Shown in pieces: positions 15,738-27,869 of a stretch of DNA of 64,000 nucleotides (position 1 is its first letter; every line of letters begins with the position of its first letter). The DNA comes from the human T2T-CHM13v2.0 reference genome, Homo sapiens. The DNA is taken from assembly GCF_009914755.1 (NCBI RefSeq), contig NC_060936.1. One strand, written 5' to 3'. A program made the position numbers and the translations under genes. Below the pieces are notes generated by a model. That model worked only from the letters and a program-made list of their open reading frames with translations. It ran no database searches and was not told the origin of the DNA.

Positions 15738-16277
15738 GTATAGATCATTTTCTGACCTGTGGTGGCTCCTCAAGCACCCTCTCCCTGCAACCTTATTTAA
15801 TTGCTAACATCTTTGGAGTCCTTGCTATAATAACACGAATCATGTTTGCCAGTAAGATCTCATCTAACCCTCAGGATTCTAGGAGAGAGGATTTATCCAC
15901 ATTTTATGAGAAAACCAAGATGAGGAGAGATGAAGTGGTTATGGGACTTGCCCAAGTTCTCGTAGCTGGGAAGAGGCAGAGCTGGGATTAACACTCAGAG
16001 GTGACTCTAGCCCAGTCAGCAACCACTACTCTCTGCTACTGTTTCTTCAGGTCTCTTGTCCACTCCCACAGCCTGGGTCCCCAGATCAGCCTCACCAATA
16101 CCTTGTTATGTTTATCTGTAAAAGGGAGTCAGTGATAGCATACATCTTATGGTAAAAGTTCAAGGAGATCATGCTCATAATGTTCTTAGCACAGGGCTTG
16201 GCTTCTGGCAAGCACCTAATGAAAGATACCTGTGAGTGTGGTGAGGATGACTGTTAAGGCAAAGATATTAAAGGTCA

Positions 16278-16652
<375 letters not shown>

Positions 16653-16922
16653 TCAGGGCTCTGCCAGTCCACACTCTGTGGTCAGAAACTGGTTCTGAAA
16701 CTTCTCTAAGTGTCAGTTTCCTCATCTGTAAAATGGGAATAAGAGTGCCTACATGTATAGGGTTGTATATGAAGGTAAAATAAAATAACATAATACTTAA
16801 AATAGAGTAAGTCATATAAGAAGCACTATGCATGTGCTAGTTATATTATTCTGCAAATTAAAACAATTGTGGACATTTTCACAAGTCTTTTTTTTTTTTA
16901 ATAGCTGTGTAGTATTCTAAGG

Positions 16923-17150
16923 CAGAGGTCAACAAACTACAACTTACTGGCCAAATTCTGCCTCTTGCCTATTTTTGTAAGTAAAGTTTTACTGGAACAA
17001 AGCCATGTGCATTCATTTACACATTGTGACTACTTTGACACTATAATGGCAATGTTTGAGTAGTTGCAGTTGCTAAAGACAGGAGCTGTATGTTCCAAAA
17101 AGCCTAAAATATTTACCACTTGGCCCCTGACAAGTATTTTGATGGCCTTG
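16923..17150 (+). mobile_element. MER58A nested in an L1M relic
   Basis: cagaggtcaacaaactac...ttttactggaacaaagcc...aagcctaaaatatttacc; 8-bp hAT TSD ttctaagg/ttctaaag; L1M sequence on both sides. Confidence 0.85.
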
Positions 17151-18684
17151 TTCTAAAGGATTATAGCACCTATTGATAGACATTCAATTGAGTCCATATT
17201 TTTTTGCTATCACATCCATATACATGTATTTTTGTACATTCATGCTGATAGATCTGTAGGATAAATTCTTAGGTGCTGAATTGCTGGGACAGCTAGAAAG
17301 TGAGTTTCTGAGAGCAAAGGGTGGTAGCTATTTTAAGCGTTGAGCTTCTTGATAGAATAGACACCAGACCTTTTTTGTTTAAGAGAAGAACAAGCTGTGA
17401 GTCAGCTTAAAGTTACTTATAATTTTGCACAGATTTGGAATGTTTTATAATTCTTCACTTATAACTCCAATGGTTCAAACATAAAATCAGGGCAACTTAG
17501 AATCTAACTACATTTTCATCAAAGTTTTATGCAGCAATTGGCACTTTTCATGTCTCTGGCCCAGGTGCTGTCTGTACAAGGCAATAGAGATATGAAATCT
17601 TGAAGAATTTCATCTTTAGTGCAGTGGATTTTAAACATGTTTGAACCTTGAAGTTCTTTGGGAACTCAGCCTAAGGAGCTTCTATTCCCCAAGTTGCACA
17701 TTTCCATACAATTTTTCAGATAGTTTCAAGGGGTTGACAGCTTCCTTTGAAACCCATTCATTGACTCTCTGTAAGTTCTTGGAATAAAAACCCTTCTTCT
17801 AAAGGGAGAGACCTGTACACAACCAAATAGCATAAAGTATCATGAATGGTGTATTTGAGGTGCATACAAACCATAGTGTGTGCACAGGCGTGGGATAGTC
17901 AACATTGCTTTGTGAGAGAGCATGGAGTTGACAAAATCAAGGAAAGCATCTCATAAAAACTGGAACTCGAAGGATACATCTGAGTTCTCCGAATGGTCTA
18001 TAAAGTGGGTAGGCAATTTCATCAATGATACTCAGTTTGAGTATGGTGAATTCTGAGAAGATACTAATGCGGATGCTTGTAAGTCTGGACTATTTCTGGT
18101 TTTTACTGACTCTAGAAAATGAGAGCAAATGTTTTAAACTCAGTAGTTCCTTCCATCTCTCCAATCCCCCACAATGGCAACATCAAATGAGAACCAGAAC
18201 GACACTCACTCTCTCCCTCTTTAAAGTTGTCTGGAATCCAGAGATAAAAGGCTTCATGTTAATAAAATAACATTCTGAATGTTAAAAAAGATCCAAGTCT
18301 CTGGTTTCGCATTTCAAGACTGAAGTTTATGTTTGTTTGTTTACTTATTTTTCCCACAGCCTGCTTGATCAGACTTGCAGTGGCAATTTGGATTTTTTTT
18401 TTTAATTTTTGGTATTTTCTTGAGAGTTAGTAATCATAAAAGGAAAATAGATGAGAAAGCTTCGTGGTCATTTAACCTCAGTGAAGTATCCATATGTATG
18501 TCTTCCTATGTGTGCACATGTGTATGCATATGTGCATTTTTTTCTGAAAACTAAAGTACTCTGAGTCATTGAATTTGTGAACATGAAGAAATTGAGCAAA
18601 TGCATTGAGAAGTAAAAAGCTAGTTTTAAATGTGTGACTTAGAGGTTACTGATGTCACCTGCATCCAAATTGTATCTCAGCCAC

Positions 18685-19249
18685 TGTATTAGTGTCCTAC
18701 ACAGCCATAGAGATTGTCAAATTTGGATGGATTAAAATGACCAAAGTCCTTTCATGGTTCTGGAGATCAGAAGTTTGAATTCAAGTTATCAGTAGGGTTG
18801 GTGCCTTCTGGAGTCCTTGAGGGAGAATCCATTCCATGCCTCTCTCCGAGCTGCGGATAGTAGCCAGTAATCAGCCCGCTTTGGCCTGGAGACACATCAC
18901 TCTAGCACCTGCCTCTGTCTTCACATGGCCTTCCCCCTGTGTGTCTGTGTCTCCAATCTCCTTCGGATAGTAGCCAGCAATCAGTCCGCCTTGGCCTGGA
19001 GACACATCACTCTAGCACCTGCCTCTGTCTTCACATGGCCTTCCCCCTGTGTGTCTGTGTCTCCAATCTCCTTCTGCCTTTTCTTTATAAGGACACCTGT
19101 CATAGGATTTAGAGTTCCCCCTAAATCCAGGACCATCCCATCTCAAGATTTTTAAATTAGTCATACTTGCAAAGACCCTATTTCCAAATAAGGTCACATT
19201 CCATTTCTGGAGGATATATCTTTTTGGGACAGCTATTCAACCCACTATA
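18685..19249 (-). mobile_element. MLT1B/C MaLR solo LTR with internal 110-bp tandem duplication
   Basis: tgtattag start, ggttctggag...gagggagaatcc...tttccaaataaggtcacatt; 5-bp TSD gccac/gtcac. Confidence 0.85.
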
Positions 19250-19383
19250 GTCACATACTATGTGAGTGTCCTTGGTCATATTTCTTACCCACTGGTGAGC
19301 CTTAATAGCGCTCTCTTATGGAAAGCAGGGTTACTAATAGAAATTTACAGAGTAAGATAATGCATTTAAAGCCCTCTGCACAA

Positions 19384-20260
19384 TTTATAGGGAACTTAAA
19401 CAATTTTATGAGAAAAGAACACACAACTCCATCAAAAAGTGGGCAAGGGACATGAACAGACTCTTCTTAAAAAAAAGACCTTTATGCAGCCAACAAACAT
19501 ATTTCAAAAACTCAACGTCACTGCTCATTAGAGAATGCAAATTAAAACCACAATGAGATACCATCTCACGCCAGTCAGAATGGCAATTATTAAAGTCAAG
19601 AAACAACAGATGCTGGCAAGGCTGTGGAGAAATAAGAATGCTTTTACACTGTTTGTGGGACTGTAAATTAGTTCAACCATTGTGGACAACAGTGTGGCAA
19701 CAGTGTGGCCTCAAGGATCTAGAACCAGAAATACTATTTGACCCAGCAATCCCATTACTGGGTATATAACCAAAGAAATATAAATCATTCTATTATAAGA
19801 TACATGCATGCATATGTTCATTGAAGCAATATTCACAATAGCAAAGATATGGAATCAACCCAAATGCCCATCAATGATAGACTGGATAAAGAAAATGTGG
19901 TACATATACACCATGGAATACTATGCAGCCACAAAAAGAAATGAGATTATGTCCTTCGCAGGGACATGGATGGAGCTGGAAGCCATTATCCTCAGCAAAC
20001 TAACATAGGAACGGAAAACCAAATACTGCATGTTTTCACTAGTAAGTGGGAGCTGAACAATGAAAACACATGGACACAAGGAGGAAAACAACACACACCC
20101 GGGCCTGTCATGGGGGGGTGGGGTAAACAGCTAATGCATGCAGGGCTTAATACCTAGGTGATGAGTTGATAGGTGCAGCAAACCACCATGGCACACGTTT
20201 ACCTATGTAACAAACATGCATGTCCTGCACATTTATTCCAGAACTTAAATTTTAAAAAAA
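19384..20260 (+). mobile_element. 5'-truncated L1PA (older PA subfamily) inserted into a MIR
   Basis: ORF2 C-terminus (WIKKMWYIYTMEYY) plus 3'UTR; TSD ccctctgcacaa at 19372-19383 and 20261-20272; MIR resumes after it. Confidence 0.93.
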
Positions 20261-20699
20261 CCCTCTGCACAAAGCCCAGAACACCCAATGCACACAAAGG
20301 AAAGGGCAGTGCTGTTATTATTAATGAAAATAATATCAGTCCCACTGTTTGTCAGGCAGGAGCTCTGACACACAGAGAATGGGGCAGCACAGTCTCAAAC
20401 ATCTGAAGAACAAGACCACAGTGCTTTCTAACTCTGGGTGTGTGACATTCTGTAGACACCAGAAGATGACAGAATGTCAAGATGATTGACTCCCCTCTCC
20501 CTCTTCCCCCAGACACTGTTTGGCAGGTTGACTGAACCTAAATGTCATGAACTTTTGCCACTAAAGAGGCCCGTGCTTCTTTTTCCAAAGTCAGTTGCCA
20601 ATGATTCCCATGGACTGCAGGATTAGGTGGCTTCCCCAGATTGGTACACACATAGCCTAGAGGCCCATCAAGGTCTATTGTCATGTTAAGCGTCATGCA

Positions 20700-20920
20700 A
20701 AACTATTGGGTTCAAATCCCAGCATTGCTCTGTGGGAGCTGAGGGCATGAGCAAATTATTTCAACTTTTTGACACTTGCTTTCTTCATCCTTAAACTGGA
20801 ACCGTGTGTGCCTCTCCCAAGGTTATTCTGAGGGTTAATGAAAGCTAATTATATAATTCCCTTAATACAGGGTCTAGCATTCTGTAAGAACTCAATAATG
20901 TTTGCCCGTTAGTGTTGATA
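20700..20920 (+). mobile_element. MIR
   Basis: gggttcaaatcccagc...agggttaatgaa...aagaactcaataatgtt. Confidence 0.7.
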
Positions 20921-21227
20921 TCCTAATTCATAATAATATACAATGTATTTATTCAGATGACTTCTATAGAATGGTAGTCAATCTCAATATCACCCCAATT
21001 ATGTGGTGTTTTGCTTGGCAAGTGATTTCACCGTTTCAAAGGACGTGTTGCTGGGTTGTGGGCTCAAATCCTGATTCCCTTTCTCCCCAGTTTTGTCACT
21101 TTAGGCCTTTGAGCTTCTGTTGCTGTCTCTACAAAACAGAGGTAAGAAAACTAGCTCTTCGTATGAAACAGGGACATTCTGGGACTCAAACAAAAGTCTG
21201 TGTACTTGTTTGTTCATTCAACAATTA

Positions 21228-21572
21228 TAGTCATGTGCAGCATAACTATTATTAAGTCAATCATGGACCACATATATGATAGCAGTCCCCCAAAATTATA
21301 ATCCTGTATTTTTACTGTACCTTTTCAGTGTTTAGCTATAGTTAGATACACAAATCCTTACCATTGTGTTACTATTGCCTACAGCATTCAGTACAGTAGC
21401 ATGCTCTACAGGTTTGTAGCCTAGGAGCAATGGGCTATACCATATAGCCTAGGTGTATAGTAGGCTATATCATCTAGGTTTGTATAGATACATTTTATGA
21501 GGGTCACACAACAAAATCACCTAACGACACAGTTCTCAGAAGGTATCCCTGTTGTTAAGAGATACATGAATG
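21228..21572 (+). mobile_element. Tigger3a (TcMar-Tigger) nested in L2
   Basis: agtcatgtgcagcataac...gtagcctaggagcaatgggctataccatatagcctagg...gttaagagatacatgaatg; TIR-like ends; L2 (-) flanks. Confidence 0.85.
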
Positions 21573-21795
21573 CATTTACTGGGTCCCTGCATGTCTCAGG
21601 CCTCTCACAGGCACTGGAGAGATGGTAACCAGCAAGACAAAATTCATTCTTGCCCTCAGAGAGCTTAGGGTTTAGAATGAAAGTGCATTGTAAGCTACAA
21701 AGAGCTTTTTATTCTCATTCATCATTATTATACCTTTCTCTCATAGCTAAATACATGTTGGTGGAATAAATTTTATACAGCTTTTCAAATTGTGG

Positions 21796-22010
21796 CAGTG
21801 GGCCAATGTCCCATTGGAAATGAGTGAGCAGTGGGCCAATGCCCTATTGGATATGAGTGGACAGTGGGCCAATGTCCCATTGGATATGAGTGAACAGGGG
21901 GCCAATGTCCCATTGGATAGAAGTGAGCAGTGGGCTAATCCTCTATTGGATAGAAGTCAGCAGTGAGCTAATCCTCTACTGGATAGAAGTGAACAGTGGG
22001 CCAATGCTCT
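21796..22010. repeat. 33-bp minisatellite, about 6.5 copies, with internal inverted repeat CCAATG-N3-CATTGG
   Basis: Units start at 21796, 21829, 21862, 21895, 21928, 21961 and 21994; consensus approximately cagtgggccaatgtcccattggatatgagtgag. Confidence 0.95.
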
Positions 22011-22761
22011 CTTCTACATTCCCCATTCTCCTTGCTCATGCCTCTCCCATCCAATCAGCAATAGTCACAGTTCCAGGAGCATTTTACAAATGCTGAACAA
22101 TAGCTTTTGAATTCAGACCATTTGCTTTATAGAAATCTAGGTTTCTGGGCTTCAAAAATCTAAGCCTTCTGAATTGTACCCTTAAGCTTTATGTTGTATA
22201 TATTATATTAAATTATGTTATCTATATTTTACCAGATTTTTTTAAGTTAAAAAAACTAAGCCCTGTAATAATCCAGACATAATATCATTGCCATAAACAG
22301 AAGACTGGAAGAATGAGTGGTTATGGAAGGCAAATTTCTTCTTGTGCCAAAGGAGAAAGTGTCTTGCTGGAGAATGTAAGTGTGGAAGCAGACACAAGAG
22401 CATTAGACAATGGCTTGAGTCCCTGACATGGACCTTGGGCCTGCCCTGTCCTTGCTGGATGGAAATCAAACCTGTAGCAGGGTTTAGAGATCTGTGAGAT
22501 AGGAGGTCCTGTGCCTCCCTTCAGAGTCACGACTAAGATAAGGAAATGAAGCAGCTAGGGTGAAAGTTGAAGGAGGCTTTCATTCTCAGCTGCAGAACCT
22601 CCATTTCCATGCCTCTGCGAATGATTCTTCTTTCAATTTTATGCCCTAGTAACTTCACTGTTTTTAAAAATATTTATTTATTGTGGTAAAATAAACATAA
22701 CATAAAATTAGTCATTTTCAGCATTTTAAGTGACATTAATTATATTCATGATGTGTGCAAC

Positions 22762-23124
22762 TGATATGGTTCTGCTGTCTCCCCACCCAAATCTCATCTT
22801 GAATTGTAGTTCCCATAATCCCCATGTCTCAAGGGAAGAACCCAGTGGGAGGTAATTAAATCATGAGGGCAGTTACCCTTATGCTAGTATAGTGATAGTG
22901 AATGAGTTATCATGAGATCTGGTGGTTTTATAAGGGGCTTCCCCACCCTTCACTCTCATTCTTCTCCTTCCTGCCATCATGTGAAGAAGGACGTGTTTGC
23001 TTCCCCTTCTGCCATGATGGCTTCCCAAGCCATCCTGAACTGTGAGCTAATTAAACCTGTTCCCTTTATAAATTACCCAGTCTCAAATATGTCTTTATTA
23101 GCAGCATGAGAATGAACTAATACA
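22762..23124 (+). mobile_element. THE1C-like MaLR solo LTR
   Basis: tgatatgg...ccccacccaaatctcatcttgaattgtag...aactaataca; 5-bp TSD gcaac/gcaaa. Confidence 0.92.
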
Positions 23125-23418
23125 GCAAACATCACCTTTATTTTCAAATCTTTATCACCCTAACCAGAAAAATATGAAGTCATAACTCCCATTCCCTCCA
23201 TCCCTCAGCCCCTGGTAACCTCTAATCTGCTTTGTGTCTCTATAAATTTGCCTATTCTCGATATTTCAAATAACTGGAATCATACAATATCTGTCCTTTG
23301 GTGTCTGGCTTATTTCATTTAACATAACGTTTTCCAAGTTCACCCATATTGTAGCATATATCAGAATTTCATTCCTTTTCATAGCTAAATTATATTCTAT
23401 TGCATGGCTATACCACAC

Positions 23419-24162
23419 TTTTTTTTTCCAGTTAATTTAAGAAGTTTATTTTGCCAAGGTTGAGGACGCATCCATGACAGAGCCTCAGGAAGTCCTGAGG
23501 ACATGTGCCCAGGGTGGTCAGGGCACAGCTTGGTTTTATATTTTTAGGAAGACATAAGACATCAATCAATATATGTAAGAAGTACATTGGTTCGGTCTGG
23601 AAAGGCAGGACAACTGGAAGCAAAGGCAGGAAGACTCAAAGCTTCCAGGTCACAGATAGGTGATACACAAAGGGTTACATTCTTTTGAGTTTCCAATTAG
23701 CCTTTCCAAAGGAGGCCAATCAGATGTGCATCTATCTCAGTGAACAGAGGAGTGACTTTGAATAGAATGGAAGGCAGGTTTACCCTCAGCAGTTCCCGGC
23801 TTGAGTTTTCCTTACTTTGGGGGCCCGAGATATTTTCCTTTCACTTCCTCCCCCACCGCCCGGCCCCCACACTTTTTTTTGTTAAAATCTTTCGGAGAAA
23901 GCATTTTACAAGAAAATGAGTCTCTGGTCTCAGGCTTCATCTTATCCTTCATGGCTAGGATGCTTTATTCCTAGATGGGTAGGTCCCAAAAGCTCATTTT
24001 AGCAGATTGTGAAGTCTCATGTCCTGTGAAGAGAAAATAGCAGGGAGGAAGGGAGAAAAAATGACAAACGAAAGAACAATCCGGGAAAAATCGACATAGG
24101 CCACCTTACTCTGAAGTCCATACATTAGTAGGCAGATATGAAAGTGGTTTATGTATAGGTTG
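23419..24162 (-). mobile_element. MER4 ERV1 processed retrocopy: internal 3' end + PPT + MER4A-type LTR lacking its end + poly(A)
   Basis: LTR about 23428-23845 (rc start gtgaaaggaaaatatctcgggccccc), PPT at 23845-23855, T9 at 23419-23427, flanking direct repeat tataccacac(ttt) at 23409 and 24163. Confidence 0.85.
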
Positions 24163-24902
24163 TATACCACACTTTTTTTATCTGTTCATTTTCTGATGAA
24201 CATTTAGGTTGTCCCCACCTTTTGGCAATTGTGGCTAACACTGCCATGACCATATGTGTGCAGATATCTAAGTTCCTATTTTCAATTCTTTTGAGTATAT
24301 ACCTAGGAGTGGAATTGCTGGGTTATATGGTAATCTTATATTTAGCCTTTTGAGAAACTTCCAAGCTGTTTTCTATAGTGGATGCACCATTTTGAATTTC
24401 TACCCACAATTTACAAGGGTTTCAATTTCTCCACATCCTTACCAACACTTATTTTCCATCTTTAAAAATAAATATAGTAATTTTAGTAGGTGTGAAGTGA
24501 TATCCCACTGTGTTTTTGTTTGAATTTCCCTAATAACTAATGATATTGAGCATTTTATTCAATGTGTTTCTATCTTTTTCTTGGAGAAATATCTATTTAG
24601 GTTCTTATCCCATTTTATAATTGGGTTGTTTGTTCTTTTTTTTTTTTTTTTAACTAAGCATTAGGAGCTCTTTATATAGTCTAAATATCAAACCCTTATC
24701 AGAAATACTTTGTGCAAATATTTTTCCCCATTTTGTAGGTTATTGTTTTACTTTCTTGATGTCCTTGGATGCAGAAAAGTTTTTTTTTTTTATTTTGCGG
24801 AAGTCTGGTTTATTTATTTTTCTGTCTTACTCATGCTTTTGATGTCTTATCTTAGAAGCCATTGCCAAATCCAAGGTTATGATTATTAACTCCTATGCTT
24901 TG

Positions 24903-25289
24903 TGCGTTAGTCCATTCTCAAGCTGCTAATAAAGACATACCTGAGACTGGGTAATTTATAAAGGAAAGAGGTTTAACTGACTCACAGTTCAGCATGACTG
25001 AGGAGGCCTCAGAAAACTTACAATCATGGCAGAAAGGGAAGCAAACACGTCCTTCTTCACATGGTGGCAGGAAGAAGTACTGAGCAAAAGTGGGGAAAAC
25101 CCACTTTTAAACTACTTATTAAACCATCAGATCTAGTGAGAACTCACTCACTATCACATGAACAGCAGATAGGGGTAACTGCTCCCATGATTAAATTACC
25201 TCCTACTGGGTCCCTCCCATGACACATGGGGATTATAGGAACTACAATTCAAGACGAGATTTGGGTGAGGACACAGCCGAACAATATCA
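24903..25289 (-). mobile_element. THE1C-like MaLR solo LTR
   Basis: Reverse of the 22762 LTR type; 5-bp TSD ctttg/ctttc. Confidence 0.92.
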
Positions 25290-26179
25290 CTTTCCTTTAA
25301 GAGTTGTATGGTTTCAGCTCTGGGGTGGTTGATCCTTTTTCCTAGGCACCTCACTCCTAACAAGGCACTCACTCTCAAGATCACGCAGTGAGGATCGATA
25401 TCTGAGGGCAAGAGCCTCCTTCAATAGTCACCCTACTTGCCTCTCCCCAATGCCAGCCTGCCTCCCTTCCTCAGTGGAACCCAGATACATGGCAAGCCTC
25501 TCACAGTTTACCTGAACCAGGCACAGTGAGGGAGTGGAAGGGGAGAGGACGCTATTGTCAGAGACAATAAACACATGAAGTAGAAATGGGATGTGCCAGA
25601 CCCCTACCATAGACTCAAGGGTGGCATGGGGGTCACTGAAGGAGATAGGAGCTCCCGATAACGCCTGATAAAGGACTGATGCTCAAGTGATCCTTTTGCG
25701 CCAACTAGGAAGACATGACAGACACCAAGAACAGCTCAGCCTGTGCTGGGAAGGATGAAAGAGAGTGGCCGAGGAGCTAATGCACCCTACAGCCAGGCCT
25801 CTAGATCTAGACCCCAGCCATGAAGAAATGTGGAGGTGAGGAGCTCCAGGTAGATGAAGAAACCAGAATTGGGTGTGACTGGCCTCACTTAAGAGAGATG
25901 AAGCCTTTGTGACCCAGTGAAATTGAAGCTCCAAATAGGAATTAAGTTCCATCATAGACAAATAAAGAAGGAACCATTGTGGTGTGAGATTCACACCATT
26001 CCTAAAGATGATCTCCATATGTGAACAGAACACATGAAAGTAACACGTTTTCTCTCAATTTTATTTCACATTCTACATCATTCATTTCGCTTAGGAAGAA
26101 TAGCTGTTTTCTAGCCCATATTTTAGTTTCAGGGCAAACGTAAAAGCAAAACTTTTATTAAGATGAAGCAATTTCTTCA

Positions 26180-26378
26180 GCAGTGATTTTCACCTGTGTG
26201 TGACGTGGCCTTCCAGGGGAGATTTGGTGATATCTGAAGACATTTTTGGTTGTCAGAACTGTGGCGGAGGTGCTTACTGGCATTTAGTAAGTAGGTAGAG
26301 GCTGGGGATGCACAGGACAGCCCCCTGTGAAAAAGTCCACCCCAAAATGTCAATGATGCCACAGTTGAGAAGTCCTAG
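26180..26378 (+). mobile_element. MER20 hAT-Charlie
   Basis: cagtgattttca...ccaggggagatttgg...gacatttttggttgtca...ccccaaaatgtcaat...gttgagaa. Confidence 0.75.
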
Positions 26379-26669
26379 CGTACAGTGATGTATGTAATGA
26401 TCTCTGTGCAGACGGAATATCACACATCATTATGCTTGGATTCAGCACATCATTATGGTGTAGAAAGACCATCAGACTACAAGACATGAGGCCCAGGTGC
26501 CCCTGACTAGCTAAAAGTCTTGGACAGACTACTCAAACATCAAGAAAGACTCATTCCCCACATTATAAAATGGACCTCATGAGTCCTGCCCTGCCTTCCT
26601 CTCAATGACTGAAATGAAAACTAAAAATGATGAAATTCCAAAAAGCATCTTTATAATAGTTATCAAGAG

Positions 26670-27135
26670 TGGAAAGAACAAGATCATGTCTGTTGCAGGA
26701 ACATGGATGGAACTGGAGGTCATTAATCCTTAGCAAACTAATGCAGGAACAGAAAACCAAATACTCCATGTTCTCACTTAATAGGTGTGAAGTGATATCC
26801 CATTGCGTTTTTGTTTGAATTTCCCTAATAACTAATGATATTGAGCATTTTATTAAATGTGTTTGTACATTTTTATTGGAGAAATATCGATTTAGGTTCT
26901 TATCCCATTTTATAATTGGGTTATATATGAGAATTAATGGACACAGGGAAACCACAGACACTGAAGTTTACTTGAGGGTGGGGGGGGAAGAGGGAGAGAA
27001 TCACTAAAAGTAACTACTGGGCCCTAGACTTAGTAAAAGGGGGACAAAATAATCAGCACACCGAACCCCTGTGACATGAGTTAACCTATATAACACATGT
27101 ACCCCTGAACACAAAATAAAAGTTAAAAAAAGTAA
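26670..27135 (+). mobile_element. L1PA/PB 3' end interrupted by a 141-bp templated insertion
   Basis: acatggatggaactggaggtcatt...cagaaaaccaaatactccatgttctcactta [insert] atgagaa...catgtacccctgaac...aaataaaagttaaaaaaa. Confidence 0.85.
26782..26922 (+). repeat. Dispersed direct copy of 24487-24627
   Basis: 141 bp, 8 mismatches by manual alignment, no gaps. Confidence 0.95.
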
Positions 27136-27869
27136 GAAATTCTCCAAGTTATTCCAAACACTCTAGCAGGAGCCCAATTTCCCAGCCCAGACTGACTTTC
27201 TTCTAGATGTCTGTGTTATTCACATTGAGTAACAATAACTACTGTAACAAACAGCACCAACAATAATGGTTTGGCACCATAACAGTTTATAGCTTGCTGA
27301 AGGAACAATCAAACTTGGTTGGGTGGCTCTCCTAGATGACATTTTTAGTGAGTAATAACTTGGAGACCATGACTTCTCCCTCCCTCTTTTCCTTCCTCAC
27401 TCCCTTCCTTCCTCCTTTCCCTCCTTTCTTCCTTCTTTTTCCTCTTCCATCCCCAGAGCCTGGGAATTTTTTGATTCCAGATTCATAGATGGGGGAAACA
27501 GTGTGGAGGCTCATAAAGGAGGTTTTCATGGGGGGCAGAGCCAGAGGGGACCTCAGTGCATCTTCTTGCTTTTCATTGGCTGACCTCAGTCACATGGCCC
27601 TGCCTGACTGCAAGAGAGGCTGGGAAATGCAGTAAAACTATGAGCTGAGGACAACAGGAAAATGGGTTTGGTGAGCACATAGTGGCTTCTTCTACAGCAT
27701 CCTCTTCACCACATGCAGATTTGGGCTGTATGGGATTCTGAGTGATGGAGATTTGGGAGTTTACCTTTCATAAGGAACACATACTTTTCTTGAGACCATT
27801 ATACCTCCCCCAGGTCAGACAATAAAAATGCATCAACCCCAGAGCTTGTCTTCCAGAGTGCAATTCTCT

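Larger units (their letters stand above)
22660..25335 (-). mobile_element. L1MB-like element hosting three later insertions
   Basis: Colinear reverse L1 segments at about 22660-22761, 23130-23418, 24163-24902 and 25290-25335. Confidence 0.8.

Noticed and set aside
21796-22010. CRISPR-like appearance (33-bp palindromic repeats)
   Set aside because: Units are directly adjacent with no unique spacers, there are no cas genes, and the context is primate; it is a minisatellite.
22762-25289. Two THE1C LTRs as the ends of one provirus
   Set aside because: Opposite orientations, separate TSDs, and the intervening DNA is L1MB/MER4 rather than THE1-int.
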